Shown piece after piece: positions 36,375-50,120 of a DNA stretch of 64,000 bases. The stretch comes from Eledone cirrhosa. Taxonomy: Eukaryota. The DNA lies in assembly GCA_964016885.1 (NCBI GenBank), contig OZ024741.1, forward strand, positions 95,046,001-95,110,000, read 5' to 3'. The first letter of the stretch is position 1, and each line of letters starts with the position of its first letter. Made by a program: the position numbers and the translations under genes. The notes beneath the pieces were generated by a model that saw only the letters and a list, made by a program, of their open reading frames with translations, did no database searches and was not told the origin of the DNA.

Positions 36375-38354
36375 TATATATATAAGGTTAACAGAAATAA
36401 CAACACAATCGGTACAGTATATGGAAGGAATATATTAGGTTAATGCTTGAAATACCAGGAAGAGGGTCTTAATGTTTCGTATGCTAGTCCTTCATCAGAA
36501 AAAAGAATGAGAAATTAGATAGATTGAAGGGACGGGTTGGGTGGAATTGGAAAAAATGTTTTTAGAGAAAAATAACAGGTCCATTCATGTTGCCATATAA
36601 ATATGTGTGTGTTAATAGAAAAACAAGGCACATTTGCTGATATTCAATGATTCATTTATTGAATACTGGAAAGTCTTACCCGTGTTTCAATGCGTTACGT
36701 GTGTGTATGTATGTATACATAAATACACACATACATATACACATATATTTGTGTGTGTATACATTTGCGAATGTTAGGTAAATAGGACTACGTCCTACAC
36801 AATTTTTTCTTTGTGTGTGTGTCTTTAAGAAGAATATGTAAATATTTATGTAAAACATTGATGTGTTTTGCATATTGATCTATTGGTTATACTGGCTCAC
36901 TTCTAGTAACATAGGGGAATAACAGAAACACTATATAGATGTATCTGTATAGCTGATATGTATGTATGTGTATGTGTGTGTGTGCATATGTTGGTTTTCT
37001 CTTTATTTTATTTTTTTGCTTGATAATTAAAAAAAAGATTCAGTTGACACTTTATGTTGAAATTGTTTTCTGTTAGTTGTCAGTTGAAAGTGTCAGTGAG
37101 AAAAACTTCAATTATTTGAAATATTGGAACATATATTTGGCATCTTCAAAGAATTTTTCCTTCTCTTCACTGTCTATTTACTGATGTTGTTTAGATTTGA
37201 AAATCTTATTTTGGGGAAATTTACTGTTAACTTAAAAATAAAAAGTACTTTCTTAAAAATAAAATGCATTTCCATAACATTAAAGTATATGTGTGTATAT
37301 ATATATGTGTGTATATGCACGTGTGTGTACGTTTGTTTGAATATGTCGGGGATAAATGCCAACATCCAATTGAAAATAGTTCTTAGATGTTACAAACTTT
37401 TGGTTTGTTGAATGTTATTGTTAAATGGCTGACAGTTCTGTAAATATTCTCATACATGTGGGTTGATAGTATAAAAATTTAATGTCACTATACTTTTAAC
37501 TATGCTACTTTGAAGTTTGTGATTCTATAGGATTAAATAACTATCTATTAATATTTCCCTTATTATTCTTGTAACTACTATACACCTTTGTTTCCCTCCC
37601 CATCCTCTCTATTTTTTCAATGAGGCCAATTCTGCTAATACATTGATTTCAGCTGATAATGATTAGCATGAGAACAGTCCTGAACTGGTGCCAACTCTTA
37701 GGTACTCTCAGTAAGTGAAATATTCTTAGTTGTATTGTGACCTGAATTGGTGTTGATATAAGAAATTTTCCTATACTGGTGGCTAAATAAAGGAATATTG
37801 ACCAAAAACAGATCAAAATATTGTCTTGCCAAAGTGTAAATATATTTGACTTATTTAAGCAATGTACTGACAGGCTGTTATACTGCAGATCACTTTTGTT
37901 CATGTGTCTTTCAGTTGTTCTAGTCAGCAGCAAGTAGTGTATAATATGTATTGATGTGGGTGTATATGTGAGAGTGTGTGGATGGGAGAAGGTGATTTGC
38001 TTTCATCTTACAATTCTCAACTTCTTAGCATCTGTTGTTTTGTAAGTGTGAACAGGAAAGTTATAGTTTGTTTCCATGTCTGATGAAAGAACTCACTGGA
38101 GTGTGATAAAAGTTAAGGCTATATTATTTTGTGTAATGATTAAATAAGGAACCCATGTTATCAATTTCAAAATATTTCTTAAACCCATCAGAAGTCCAGC
38201 AGTTAAGGGATTAGAAATAGAAAATTCCATACCTTACTTAATAAAACAAGAGAGCTAATTTAGATATGGGGTCCTGGATAAGGTCTTGGTTGGTAAATTT
38301 GGACTCATTCCATGATTTTTGCCACCCTCCCTTTGATTGATATAAAGAATTAAT

Positions 38355-38535
38355 TGTTTCTACTTTAGGCACAAGGCCAGTAATTACCCAGTGCATTACT
38401 GGTACTTTATTTTATCGACCCCGTAAGGATGAAAGGCAAAGTCAACCTCGGCGGGATTTGAACTCAGATCGTAAAGGGACGTAACTATGCTGGAAAGCAT
38501 GGCGTCCGATCCTCTACCGATACTGCCAATCCACC
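38355..38535 (-). mobile_element. Nin/Deu-domain-like tRNA SINE, young copy
   Basis: B-box GAGTTCAAATCCC and GCCTTTCATCCTTACGGGGTCGATAAAAT on the minus strand. Perfect 20-bp TSD GATTGATATAAAGAATTAAT at 38335-38354 and 38536-38555. Confidence 0.92.
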
Positions 38536-38668
38536 GATTGATATAAAGAATTAATGATTGGCTATATATATATATATATATTTATTTATACCAACCAAAC
38601 AGTGAGTGTGTTCTGTTATTAATTCTGGCAATATTACACAAATATGACCCTCCCCAAGTATAACAATA

Positions 38669-38725
<57 letters not shown>

Positions 38726-38749
38726 TTATATATATATATATATATATTT

Positions 38750-39018
38750 CTTGATTTCTACAGCTGGATGCCCTTCCTAACACCAACCTCATTTACAGTG
38801 AGTGCTGGGTGCTTTTTTGCCGTGGCACCTCCACGACCACTTTGCAGTGGAATGATATGGACCCCAGTCCCTATCATCTCATTTCTACAGCTGAGTAAAC
38901 TGGAGCAATGTGAAATAAAGTGTCTTGCTCAAGGAAACAACACATCACCCGGTCTGAGAATTGAACTCACAACCTTTCGATTGCAAGGCCAATGCTCTAA
39001 CCACTAAGCCATGTGCCT
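38750..39018 (-). mobile_element. tRNA-derived SINE with RTE-derived 3' part and complete head, in (TA)n
   Basis: Minus strand GGCACATGGCTTAGTGGTTAGAGC (A-box) and GAGTTCAATTC (B-box). Same body as 36089-36374. Confidence 0.9.
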
Positions 39019-39146
39019 ATATATATATATATATTTATATATATATTTATATATTTATATATATATATTTATATTTATTTATATATATATATTTATATAT
39101 TTATATATATATATATATTTATATATATTTATATATATATATATAT

Positions 39147-40560
39147 AAATATTAATACAATAACAGAGATAGTTTAAAGCTAATCTCTGTCTGGTAACCA
39201 TCTCACTCAACAAACATTAGGTTATATTTTAATATAAACCCAATTTAAGTGTTTGGGGTGCTAACAATATGTATTATGTGGAAAAGCCAGTTGTATTATT
39301 TTATGAGATATAATTAAAGTTAAAATATATCTCTCTTTCCAAACAATTGTTTGATTATAAGTTTTCTACAAATTCGGAGAATATTTCCAGTTTATGTAGA
39401 AGCCTAATATACATTCATGTAAGAATATATTTAGGTGGGCGCTTATAAATCATCAGTGGAAGCCCATTAAACTTTGATATAAGAAAAACATTTCTTACCA
39501 CAGTTAAAAATCGTGTCCGTTAAATTGCTCCTTCCTGCATCGAATGACCGGCAAATTTGAAATTCCAGCAGTTTTTGACTGAGGAAGTGTTATCGCGTCA
39601 CTAAGCGAGAAGGGGAGACAACTACGATCCACGAAAGGAGGAAAAAAAATAATATACACGCGGGTTAATCAGTTTTTTCGAAAACATTATCAATCCAACG
39701 TGTTAAGAAGTCAATTGAAATTAAAAAATAAATATATGCGTGTATAAATTACACACGCATATAGATATTTTCTTAGGCTAAAATCAGAGGTTGTACCTGA
39801 ATAAGAAACCGCATCTCGTAACCGTAGTAAATACAGAAAGTTATGCTTTAAAGGGCAAATGGGAATGTAAATCTCCGGCCGAATTAAGAGTAAAATATAA
39901 AACACACGTGGGTTAATTAGCTATTTCAAAACTAATATCAATTCCTCGTGTAAAGAACTCAATTAATTTTAAAAAATAAATGTATGCATGTAATTATATA
40001 CATAGGCATATATATATTTTCTTAGGCTAAAAACAGAGAAGTTACAACCAATAAAAACCACAATATCGCACAACAGTAATAAATACGGAAAGTCAAATTT
40101 ATAAGGTACCTGGAAATAAACACCTCTGGCCAATCAAGAGTAAAATATTAATACAATAACAGAGATAGTTTAAAGCTAATCTCTGACTGGTAACCATCTC
40201 ACTCAACAAACATTAGGTTATATTTTAATATAAACCCAATTTAAGTGTTTGGGGTGCTAACAATATGTATTATGTGGAAAAGCCAGTTGTATTATTTTAT
40301 GAGATATAATTAAAGTTAAAATATATCTCTCTTTCCAAACAATTGTTTGATTATAAGTTTTCTACAAATTCGGAGAATATTTCCAGTTTATGTAGAAGCC
40401 TAATATACATTCATGTAAGAATATATTTAGGTGGGCGCTTATAAATCATCAGTGGAAGCCCATTAAACTTTGATATAAGAAAAACATTTCTTACCACAGT
40501 TAAAAATCGTGTCCGTTAAATTGCTCCTTCCCGCATCGAATGACCGGCAAATTTGAAATT
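39147..40560 (-). mobile_element. Non-coding partial-tandem element: 418-bp direct repeats with a 996-bp period, flanked by (TA)n; PLE/retrozyme-like
   Basis: 39147-39564 matches 40143-40560 with only two substitutions spotted. Each repeat has a minus-strand CTGATGA...GAAA...GTA hammerhead-like motif. The spacer has its own degenerate duplication of about 250 bp. Confidence 0.7.
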
Positions 40561-40567
40561 TATATAT

Positions 40568-40613
<46 letters not shown>

Positions 40614-40679
40614 ATATAAATATATATTTATATATATATATATAAATATATATTTATATATATATAAATATATATTTAT

Positions 40680-40713
<34 letters not shown>

Positions 40714-40723
40714 TTATATATAT

Positions 40724-43700
40724 CTGCTAAAATGTGTCACTAGAGTTGATTCGGTTTCGTTCCAGCCACCCATCCATACAAATTTTAGAAGGTATCTTAG
40801 CTCTTATGACGTTATTATTATTAATATTACTGCTGTTTTCTGCTGTATTATTTCGGATTTACCCTGTTTTTCTGCTGTATTATTTCGGATTTACCATGCG
40901 GTCTTGAAGGCGACCCTCAGTGCCTACCTCACAATTTCCCTCCCTCCCTCCCACCCCATAGCCTATTCGACCAATCAAACCTCAGCATGCCATTTCTATG
41001 GCTGCTGCTGCTACTACTACTACTACCTAACTAACTCTCTCCTCCCCTGTCGCAGCCCAACACACTCTGCCATTATCCCACCACCACTGTTCTTCTAGCC
41101 CTCAATTTTCCCACCGTTATGGATGGATGAGCTGAGAATAAATTTGAGCAACTCTGAATCAATAGATGAAATATGAATCTGCGAGCTACCAAGCACCCAC
41201 GTGAAGCGCCAACCCAGAGACCCTTCCCTACGAGCGTCGACAAATGCCCAAAACTCCGAGTTGGTACCATCAATGCAGGCTCAATGAAAAGAAGAGCAGA
41301 AGAAATCGTAGAAATGCTAGAGCGAAAGGAAATTGATGTATGCTGTGTGCAAGAGTCCTCGTAGGAAAAAGTCGGTGCTACAAATTTTTCTGGGTGGGAA
41401 ATGACGATGGGATGGGTGGTGTAGGTATACTACTAGCTGACAAGTGGGTTGATAAAGTAATCTCAGTGTACAGGGTAAATGCAAGAATCATTAAACTCAG
41501 ACTAGTCCTGAATAAAACAATTACCACAATAATATCAGCTTACGCACCTCAATCGGGGCTGCCAGATGAACTTAAGGATAGGTTTTACGAGTCCCTAATG
41601 CACACTACTGCTCTAACAGACGACAATGACTTCCTAATCATCGCAGGAGATTTTAACGGACACGTAGGTAAACACTGCGACGGCTTCAATAGAGTACATG
41701 GAGGCCATGGGGTTGGCACAAGGAATGAGGAAGGATTCAGACTTTTAGAATTCTGCGACGCCAATGACATGTCGATATGTAACACAAACTTTAAAAAACC
41801 CGACAACCACCTGATCACCTATAGATCAGAGGAGCACTCTAGTCAGATAGATTTTATCCTCATCAGAGGACGTGACAGATGGACGGTCGTAAACACAAAA
41901 GTCTTCCCTAGTAAGGAATGTACATCCCAACATAGCTTAGTTGTCAGCGACCTCACGGTCAGAACTAGACGAACCCGGAAACAGAGGCCAACCTGGAGAA
42001 GAAAGATCTGGAAGCTGAAAGTCCCCTCAACCAGTAACAGATTTAAAGATATTTTTCTCAACGCCTACGACAGTAAAGAAGAACAGATAGAGACATTTAA
42101 TGTAGAAGAGAACTGGGAGTTCCTAAAAAATAATTTACTAGAGGCGACGGATGAGGTCTGTGGCTGGAGTAAGACCTCAAGCAGGAGGAGAGTGACTTGG
42201 TGGTGGAACAATAAGGTAGATGAAGCAGTTATGGCCAAGAGACAGGCATGGAAAGAATGGAAGAACGGGGGGAGCAGGGTACATTACATAGAGACCAAGA
42301 GGGAAGCTAGGCGACAAGTATACTTAGCTAGGAGAGAAGCAGAGGATAGAAAATTCAAGCATGTTTTGCAATGTGAGGACCAGAAACAGGAGGTATTCAA
42401 GATTGCGAGGCAGTGTGTCAGAGATAGTTGTGATGTCATTGGAGAGAAGTGTATCCGGAATGATAAAGGTGACCTTGCCCTCACAAGTGCTGAGAAGAAA
42501 GATGCATGGAAGAGTCATTATGATAGATTACTAAATGAGGAGAGTGCATGGGAAGAAGAGACCCTACCCCAAGTAGACCCTATAGAGGGACCAGCAGTAC
42601 AAGTCAGCAGCAGCGTAGTAAGTAAGGCAATCAAAGATATGAAGATGGGGAAGGCAACCGGTCCATCGGGTATAGCTGCCGAGATGCTGAAGGCATCTGG
42701 GTCTGTAGGTCACACTATAACCACACGTATTGTTAACCAGGTAATACTAGAAGGTGCCATACCAAAAGATTGGTACAGTAGCATCATTGTCAACTGCTAC
42801 AAAGGTAAAGGCGATGCACTAGTTAGAGGAAACTATAGAGGTATAAAGTTGATGGACCAGGTCATGAAAGTAACAGAAAGAGTTATAGCACAGTTGATTA
42901 GGGACCGGGTGAAAATAGACGAGATGCAATTTGGGTTTGTACCAGGAAGAGGCACCACTGATGCCCTCTTCCTTGTGAGGCAATTACAGGAAAAGTACTT
43001 AGCTAAAAGTAAGCCACTCTACTTGGCATTTGTCGACCTTGAGAAAGCCTTTGACAGAGTTCCATGTGCTGTAATCTGGTGGGCTCTTAGAAAACTAGGA
43101 GTAGATGAATGGCTTGTGAAAGCGGTACAAGCCATGTATAGGGGAGCAGTCAGCAAAGTTAGGATTAGCAATGAGTATAGCGAGGAATTTAGCGTACAGG
43201 TTGGGGTCCACCAGGGCTCTGTTCTTAGCCCCTCCTGTTCATCATAGTCCTGCAGGCAATAACGGAGGAGTTTAAGACCGGATGCCCATGGGAACTCCTG
43301 TATGCTGATGACCTCGCACTTACAGCTGAATCTATGGTAGAACTAGAGAAGAAATTCCAAACTTGGAAGCAGGGACTAGAAAGAAAGGGTCTCAAAGTCA
43401 ACATGACAAAGACTAAGGTCCTTGTAAGTAGACGAGAAAACAGAACCCAGATCCCCTCAGGGAAATGGCCTTGCTCAGTATGTAGGAAAGGTGTAGGTAG
43501 GAACTCCATTCTCTGCCCCAAATGCAAACAATGGGTACACAAGAGATGTAGTGGGATCTCAGGAAGCTTAACTAAGAATGTAGGCTTCACATGCAGCAGC
43601 TGTGCTGATACAGCAAGCAGCAAACAGCCACAGGAAACAAGTACCATCAATCTCTGGGAGGGCTCTGTAGAAACAGTAGACAGCTTCTGCTACCTAGGTG

Positions 43701-44562
43701 ACCGAATTAGCAGCGGAGGTGGGTGTTCAGAAAGTACAATAACTAGGGTAAGAACGGGATGGAAGAAGTTTAGGGAACTACTACCACTGCTAGCTGCAAA
43801 AGGCTTCTCCCTCAGAATGAAAGTCAGACTGTATGATGCGTGTATCTGAACAGCAATGTTGCATGGTAGTGAGACCTGGGCGCTGAAGGTGGAAGACTTA
43901 CGTAGATTAGGGAGAAACGAAGCCTGCATGCTCCGATGGATGTGTAACAGTAATATACGTGAACGACAAAGCATAAATGAATTGAGAGAGAGACTACGCA
44001 TAAGAGGAATCAAATGCTGTGTGCAGGAGAGGCGGTTGCGCTGGTATGGACATGTGATGCGTATGAAGGATGACAGCTGCATAAAAAGGTGCAGAGCACT
44101 AGAAGTTGATGGAAACCGCGGAGTGGGGAGACCCAAGATGACCTGGGATGAGGTGATAAAAGCCGACCTTACCCAATTACACCTCTCAAAGGCAATGACA
44201 CATGACCGTGACTTCTGGCGTCACGCAATAATACAGAGTACCCGACCTCCCATGGGTACAAGCTGAAGCATATAGACAATATGCCCCCACACCCCCCACC
44301 GCAAGGTGGTCGTGGAGGTGCCACGGCAAAAAAGCACCCAGCCCACACTGTAAAGTGGACGTGTAGGCGCCACGAAAAAGCACCCAGCACTCACTGTAAA
44401 TGAGGTTGGTGTTAGGAAGGGCATCCAGCTGTAAAAATAATGCCAAATCAGTTCCTGTATGAGCAAGGCATGGTCAGCCGACCAGACACTGCCCACAACA
44501 GGACAACCCGTCTAACCCATGCTAGCGTGGAAGAACGGACGTAAAACGGTGATGATGATGAT
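40724..44562 (+). mobile_element. RTE-clade LINE copy 2: near full length, inactivated, inserted in (TA)n
   Basis: About 450-bp 5' UTR, APE and RT coding region, 3' UTR and (GAT)n tail. (TA)n lies on both sides. Confidence 0.97.
41173..44266 (+). pseudogene. Disrupted RTE ORF: AP endonuclease, RT and PHD-type finger
   Basis: APE motifs VGTIN, CCVQE, SAYAPQ, GDFNGHVG, SQIDF, SQH. Lesions: deletion/frameshift at about 41360, 1-bp deletion at about 43231, and CGA>TGA at 43847 relative to copy 1. Confidence 0.93.
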
Positions 44563-45692
<1,130 letters not shown>

Positions 45693-46638
45693 ACTAGACA
45701 TGAAAAATGCGCAAGCTCAAAAGTGCCACAGAATGTTATAATAAACCTTCAAAAGTGTGGGACTAGAGTTGTTGCTAAAAAATATTGTAATCATTATATA
45801 TCGTACATTCTGTGGCATCCTTTATAAAAATAGCTTAAACCAACGAAGCCTTTATTTTTACGCTATTTCACTTAGTTAATTCTTAGAGTGTAACATATAA
45901 AAATATCATTTACAACTATAAAATAAATTAATTAATATAATAACAGAGCTGCGGAGCTGAAATTTAGGAAATAATGGAGTATCGGATCCTGAGTTGGAGC
46001 CAGTCAATTTTTGGCCGACTCCGCAGCCCTGTATAATACATTTCATATTAAAGTTATTAATAAACCTCATGCAAATTACCACGAGATATTGATATTAGAT
46101 ATAAGATACAGCGCAATATCTACAGCTGTAAAAGTACGAAAGCGAAGTAATAATAAGTGGCTTAAGGTAATTCCAATATGAAAGTTTGTAGTGATAAAAA
46201 TTTGATAATGCAATACGATTGTTAATATTATAGTTCTATGAAAATGTAACAATAGATAACTAAATTATTTTACTATTAGTATATTTAAGAAATTATCATT
46301 ATAGATTTGATCGTTCATATAAGCATCATATTAAGTTTCAACACAATTATTTTGTTACTATGAGTATATGATAATAATATTACGTAATTATTTATAGCTG
46401 TTATTACATTAAACATAGATGTATTTATTTTTATATGTTACACTCTAAGAATTAACTAAGTGAAATAGCGTAAAAATAAAGGCTTCGTTGGTTTAAGCTA
46501 TTTTTATAAAGGATGCCACAGAATGTACGATATATAATGATTACAATATTTTTTAGCAACAACTCTAGTCCCACACTTTTGAAGGTTTATTATAACATTC
46601 TGTGGCACTTTTGAGCTTGCGCATTTTTCATGTCTAGT
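45693..46638. mobile_element. 946-bp fold-back element with 213-bp inverted arms
   Basis: 45693-45905 is the reverse complement of 46426-46638. Termini are ACTAGACATG...CATGTCTAGT. Each arm has an internal inverted repeat TGCCACAGAATGT / ACATTCTGTGGCA. Confidence 0.85.
45944..46031. mobile_element. 88-bp hAT-type MITE nested in the fold-back spacer
   Basis: TIR CAGAGCTGCGGAG / CTCCGCAGCCCTG; 8-bp flanks TATAATAA and TATAATAC. Confidence 0.7.
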
Positions 46639-47189
46639 TTAATATTTTTTTAAGGCAACGCTTGTAATAACTCTAGTTAAACAGGATATATATTAATAAT
46701 AAATTATCGTTGTAATGTAATTAGATTATGTAATTGTTATTATAAATTATCTTATAAATATTAGTGTAAGATGTATAAAAATATTTTCAGACTTTTAATA
46801 TAAACAACTACAAAAAACAATCAATATTAAATCAATATATTATACATAATAGAAAACATAAAATATACAATACAAAAACAAAATATTTACATACAATTGC
46901 AATTATCAGTGTATATACATTTTCTTTATATTCCCTGAGCAAATTAATAAGATTTGTTTTTATTGTACATAATTTGATGACTTGTTGGAGTGTATTAAAA
47001 GATAGCAACAATTTGTGATTAAATTGTTATCTTAAGCAACTCACTTTTTAATAGTTGTTGGCTGAGCGAAATTGTAAAAGCCTATGAGCAAATATAAAAA
47101 AAAATACACAAACAACATTTCCTTGTGTTATTACAACATTAGATAAAATAATTGAGCAATGTCGTTATATTTTGCTCTTATTGCACATT

Positions 47190-47362
47190 AATAGTGTTTC
47201 TATTTTTCGGCACAAATCCATTACGGCAGTCCATTACTGGTACTTTATTTTATCGAATTAGTAAGTATGAAAGTCGAAGTTAACCTCGGCAGGATTTGAA
47301 CTTAGAATGCAAAGGACCATAACAATACTGCAAAGCATGGTGTCTGACGCTCTACCAATACT
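47190..47362 (-). mobile_element. Nin/Deu-domain-like SINE, older copy (fragment also at 48181-48228)
   Basis: ATTACTGGTACTTTATTTTATCGA...AACCTCGGCAGGATTTGAACT...CTCTACCAATAC. Confidence 0.8.
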
Positions 47363-47752
47363 TGTGTTGAGCTGGTCATTAATTTATGGTGGTCGTGCGT
47401 GGAGTAGAGCAATCGCTAGTTGAAATATTATGAACAAAACATTTTTATTTGCCGAAGAACATATTTTCAATACTGTTTGTGAATGTGACGAAGGAAATAC
47501 ATTCTGATATGGAACAGTGTACAAAGTGTGTCTGTGAATAACATAATGTTACCTCATGTTGTTGTCAAGACATAATGGATTTCGTATATCCAGTTAGAAG
47601 ATGAAACCTAGCCATCTCGGATTAGTTATATTTCATGCCATGTGTAAACGTGTTTGAGGATAGCAAAATATGCGCGTTAATTATAATAATTAGTTAATAA
47701 TATTACAAAATATACCTAATTAAACTCTTTGCTTGAAATTTTATCATTCTTC

Positions 47753-47806
<54 letters not shown>

Positions 47807-49222
47807 GGAGAGAGATTTATCTAGTCCTTCGCTCAAGATTAATCTATAAGTTTAGATGTTTGCCTTCGTTTAAGTAAATATTACAGTAAGATTTTTAATA
47901 TAAACAACTACAAAAAACAATTAATATTAAAACGAAAAAATTATCAATGATAAAAGAAGCGGATGCAACTTTTTTTTTTATAAAGTTATATTCCTGTTTC
48001 TTTAAAGAACATTTCATTTTTGTTCTATTGTAGGCGAAATAATGCAATGGTTTAATAGGGAAGATATAACTTACGAATTATGTCTCTAACCGTGTAACGC
48101 TTTTTAAGTAGATAACTACAATTGAAAATACTAAAGAAATGGAACCAACAATTCAATTTGAAAGTCGTCTAGTGACAGTGTATTACTGGTACTTTATTTT
48201 ATCGACCCCGTAACGATGAAAGGCAAAAATGCAAATGCTTAAAATTTAAATTGCCTTAATTCTATCGTCTGCTGTTTCATTAAAGGGAGATTATCGTCTG
48301 TATTTAATTCTATCGTCTACTGTTCCACTAAACAGATATACCTCCACTATCGTCTCTATTTATACATTTTAACTTATAACTTATACACATTTGATTTGAA
48401 ATATTTTATCTAGTCCCCCCTCTCAATATTATGATGATTTCTTTCGAATGAAACAGTTCTAGTCCTGTAGAAACCATTTATATATATAATTGAACTGAGT
48501 TAAAAATTCACAATATTTATAATTAAATAAGCTCATATATATATGTGTGTATTTATCTGTTTATTGTATTATATATAATGTGTGTATATACAGGATGTCC
48601 CCCAAAAATATATACACACTTCAACAGCATTCTAATAACTATTGCCTGTACAGGTAATCAAAGTGTCAATCGAATGTTAGTTTCGTGTTTTAACAGTACA
48701 AATTTACAATACACACATAAAACCAGTGTATATACATACATGAGTGTGTATACACATACATGAATGTGTATATACAATATATATGTATATATATATAGAC
48801 ACATATATTCACGGTGCAGCGGTACATTAAAATATAGATGCGGGAGAGGGGGGGGGGGTGTATATATAGGGGCGCTGGGGATAAAGGAGTGTAAAGCGTG
48901 TGTAATTGATATATTGAAGGAGAGGAGCGTGCAGCGATAGAGTAACAAATATATAGAGAGGGGGAGAGATGGTATTGAAGGGGAGGAGTGCAAAGCGAAA
49001 GAGTAAGAGATATATATAGAGACGGAACAGATAGAGAGAAACAGGCGTAAGTAACAGTGGAAGAGATATAGAGAGAGGTACTCTGATTGGTTGAAAATTA
49101 GCCAATGACATACGATCACCACCACCACGGCTATCCCCGAAAAATTTTTTAAGAAGCTACGCATATATGTTAGAACACGAAAAGTGAACATTCTGTTGTT
49201 TCACACTTTTCGTGTTCTAACA

Positions 49223-49264
49223 GATATATATATATATTTATATATATATATATATGTATATATT

Positions 49265-49327
<63 letters not shown>

Positions 49328-49328
49328 T

Positions 49329-49359
<31 letters not shown>

Positions 49360-49482
49360 TTATATATATATTTATATATATATTTATATATATATTTATA
49401 TATATATTTATATATATATTTATATATATATTTATATATATATTTATATATATATTTATATATATATTTATATATATATTTA

Positions 49483-49557
<75 letters not shown>

Positions 49558-49794
49558 TTATATATATATTTATATATATATATATTTATATATATATATT
49601 TATATATATATATATATATATATATTGTTATACTTTGGGAGGGTCATGTTGCCAATAAGAAACACACGCACCAGTGCGTGTGTTTCTTATTGGCAACATG
49701 ACCCTCCCAAAGTATAACAATATCGGTTTCAACGCACGATTTCAGATAAAGAATCTTGCTAAACAAATTCAGAAACAAAATATATATATATATT

Positions 49795-49825
<31 letters not shown>

Positions 49826-49856
49826 ATATATTTATTTATATATATATTTATATATA

Positions 49857-49888
<32 letters not shown>

Positions 49889-49891
49889 TAC

Positions 49892-49925
<34 letters not shown>

Positions 49926-49958
49926 ATTTATATATATATATAAATATATATATATATA
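49223..49958. repeat. Interrupted (TA)n microsatellite containing a fold-back insert
   Basis: Read directly. Confidence 0.95.
49622..49780 (+). repeat. 102-bp hairpin (50-bp perfect arms, 2-nt loop) plus one-sided tail
   Basis: 49622-49671 is the reverse complement of 49674-49723. Tail 49724-49780 is homologous to 18078-18120. Confidence 0.85.
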
Positions 49959-50120
49959 TGGAGGAGGTTATAGTTCACTTGAAGCATTGTGTAATGAGGT
50001 ATAAACGTTTGAATATGTATAATAAAGCCAAAACAATGCAGGTATGGACATAGCATAAAGAATGCAAATGCAAAAGATATTGTTGACAATTAGTCTTTTA
50101 CCTTAGAATTATTTAAATGT

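Noticed and set aside
38960-39018. tRNA genes
   Set aside because: The A and B boxes belong to SINE heads; no cloverleaf closes and they run straight into SINE bodies.
39577-39640. Plus-strand CTGAGGA...GAAA as a hammerhead
   Set aside because: No NUH triplet or stem I partner follows GAAA.
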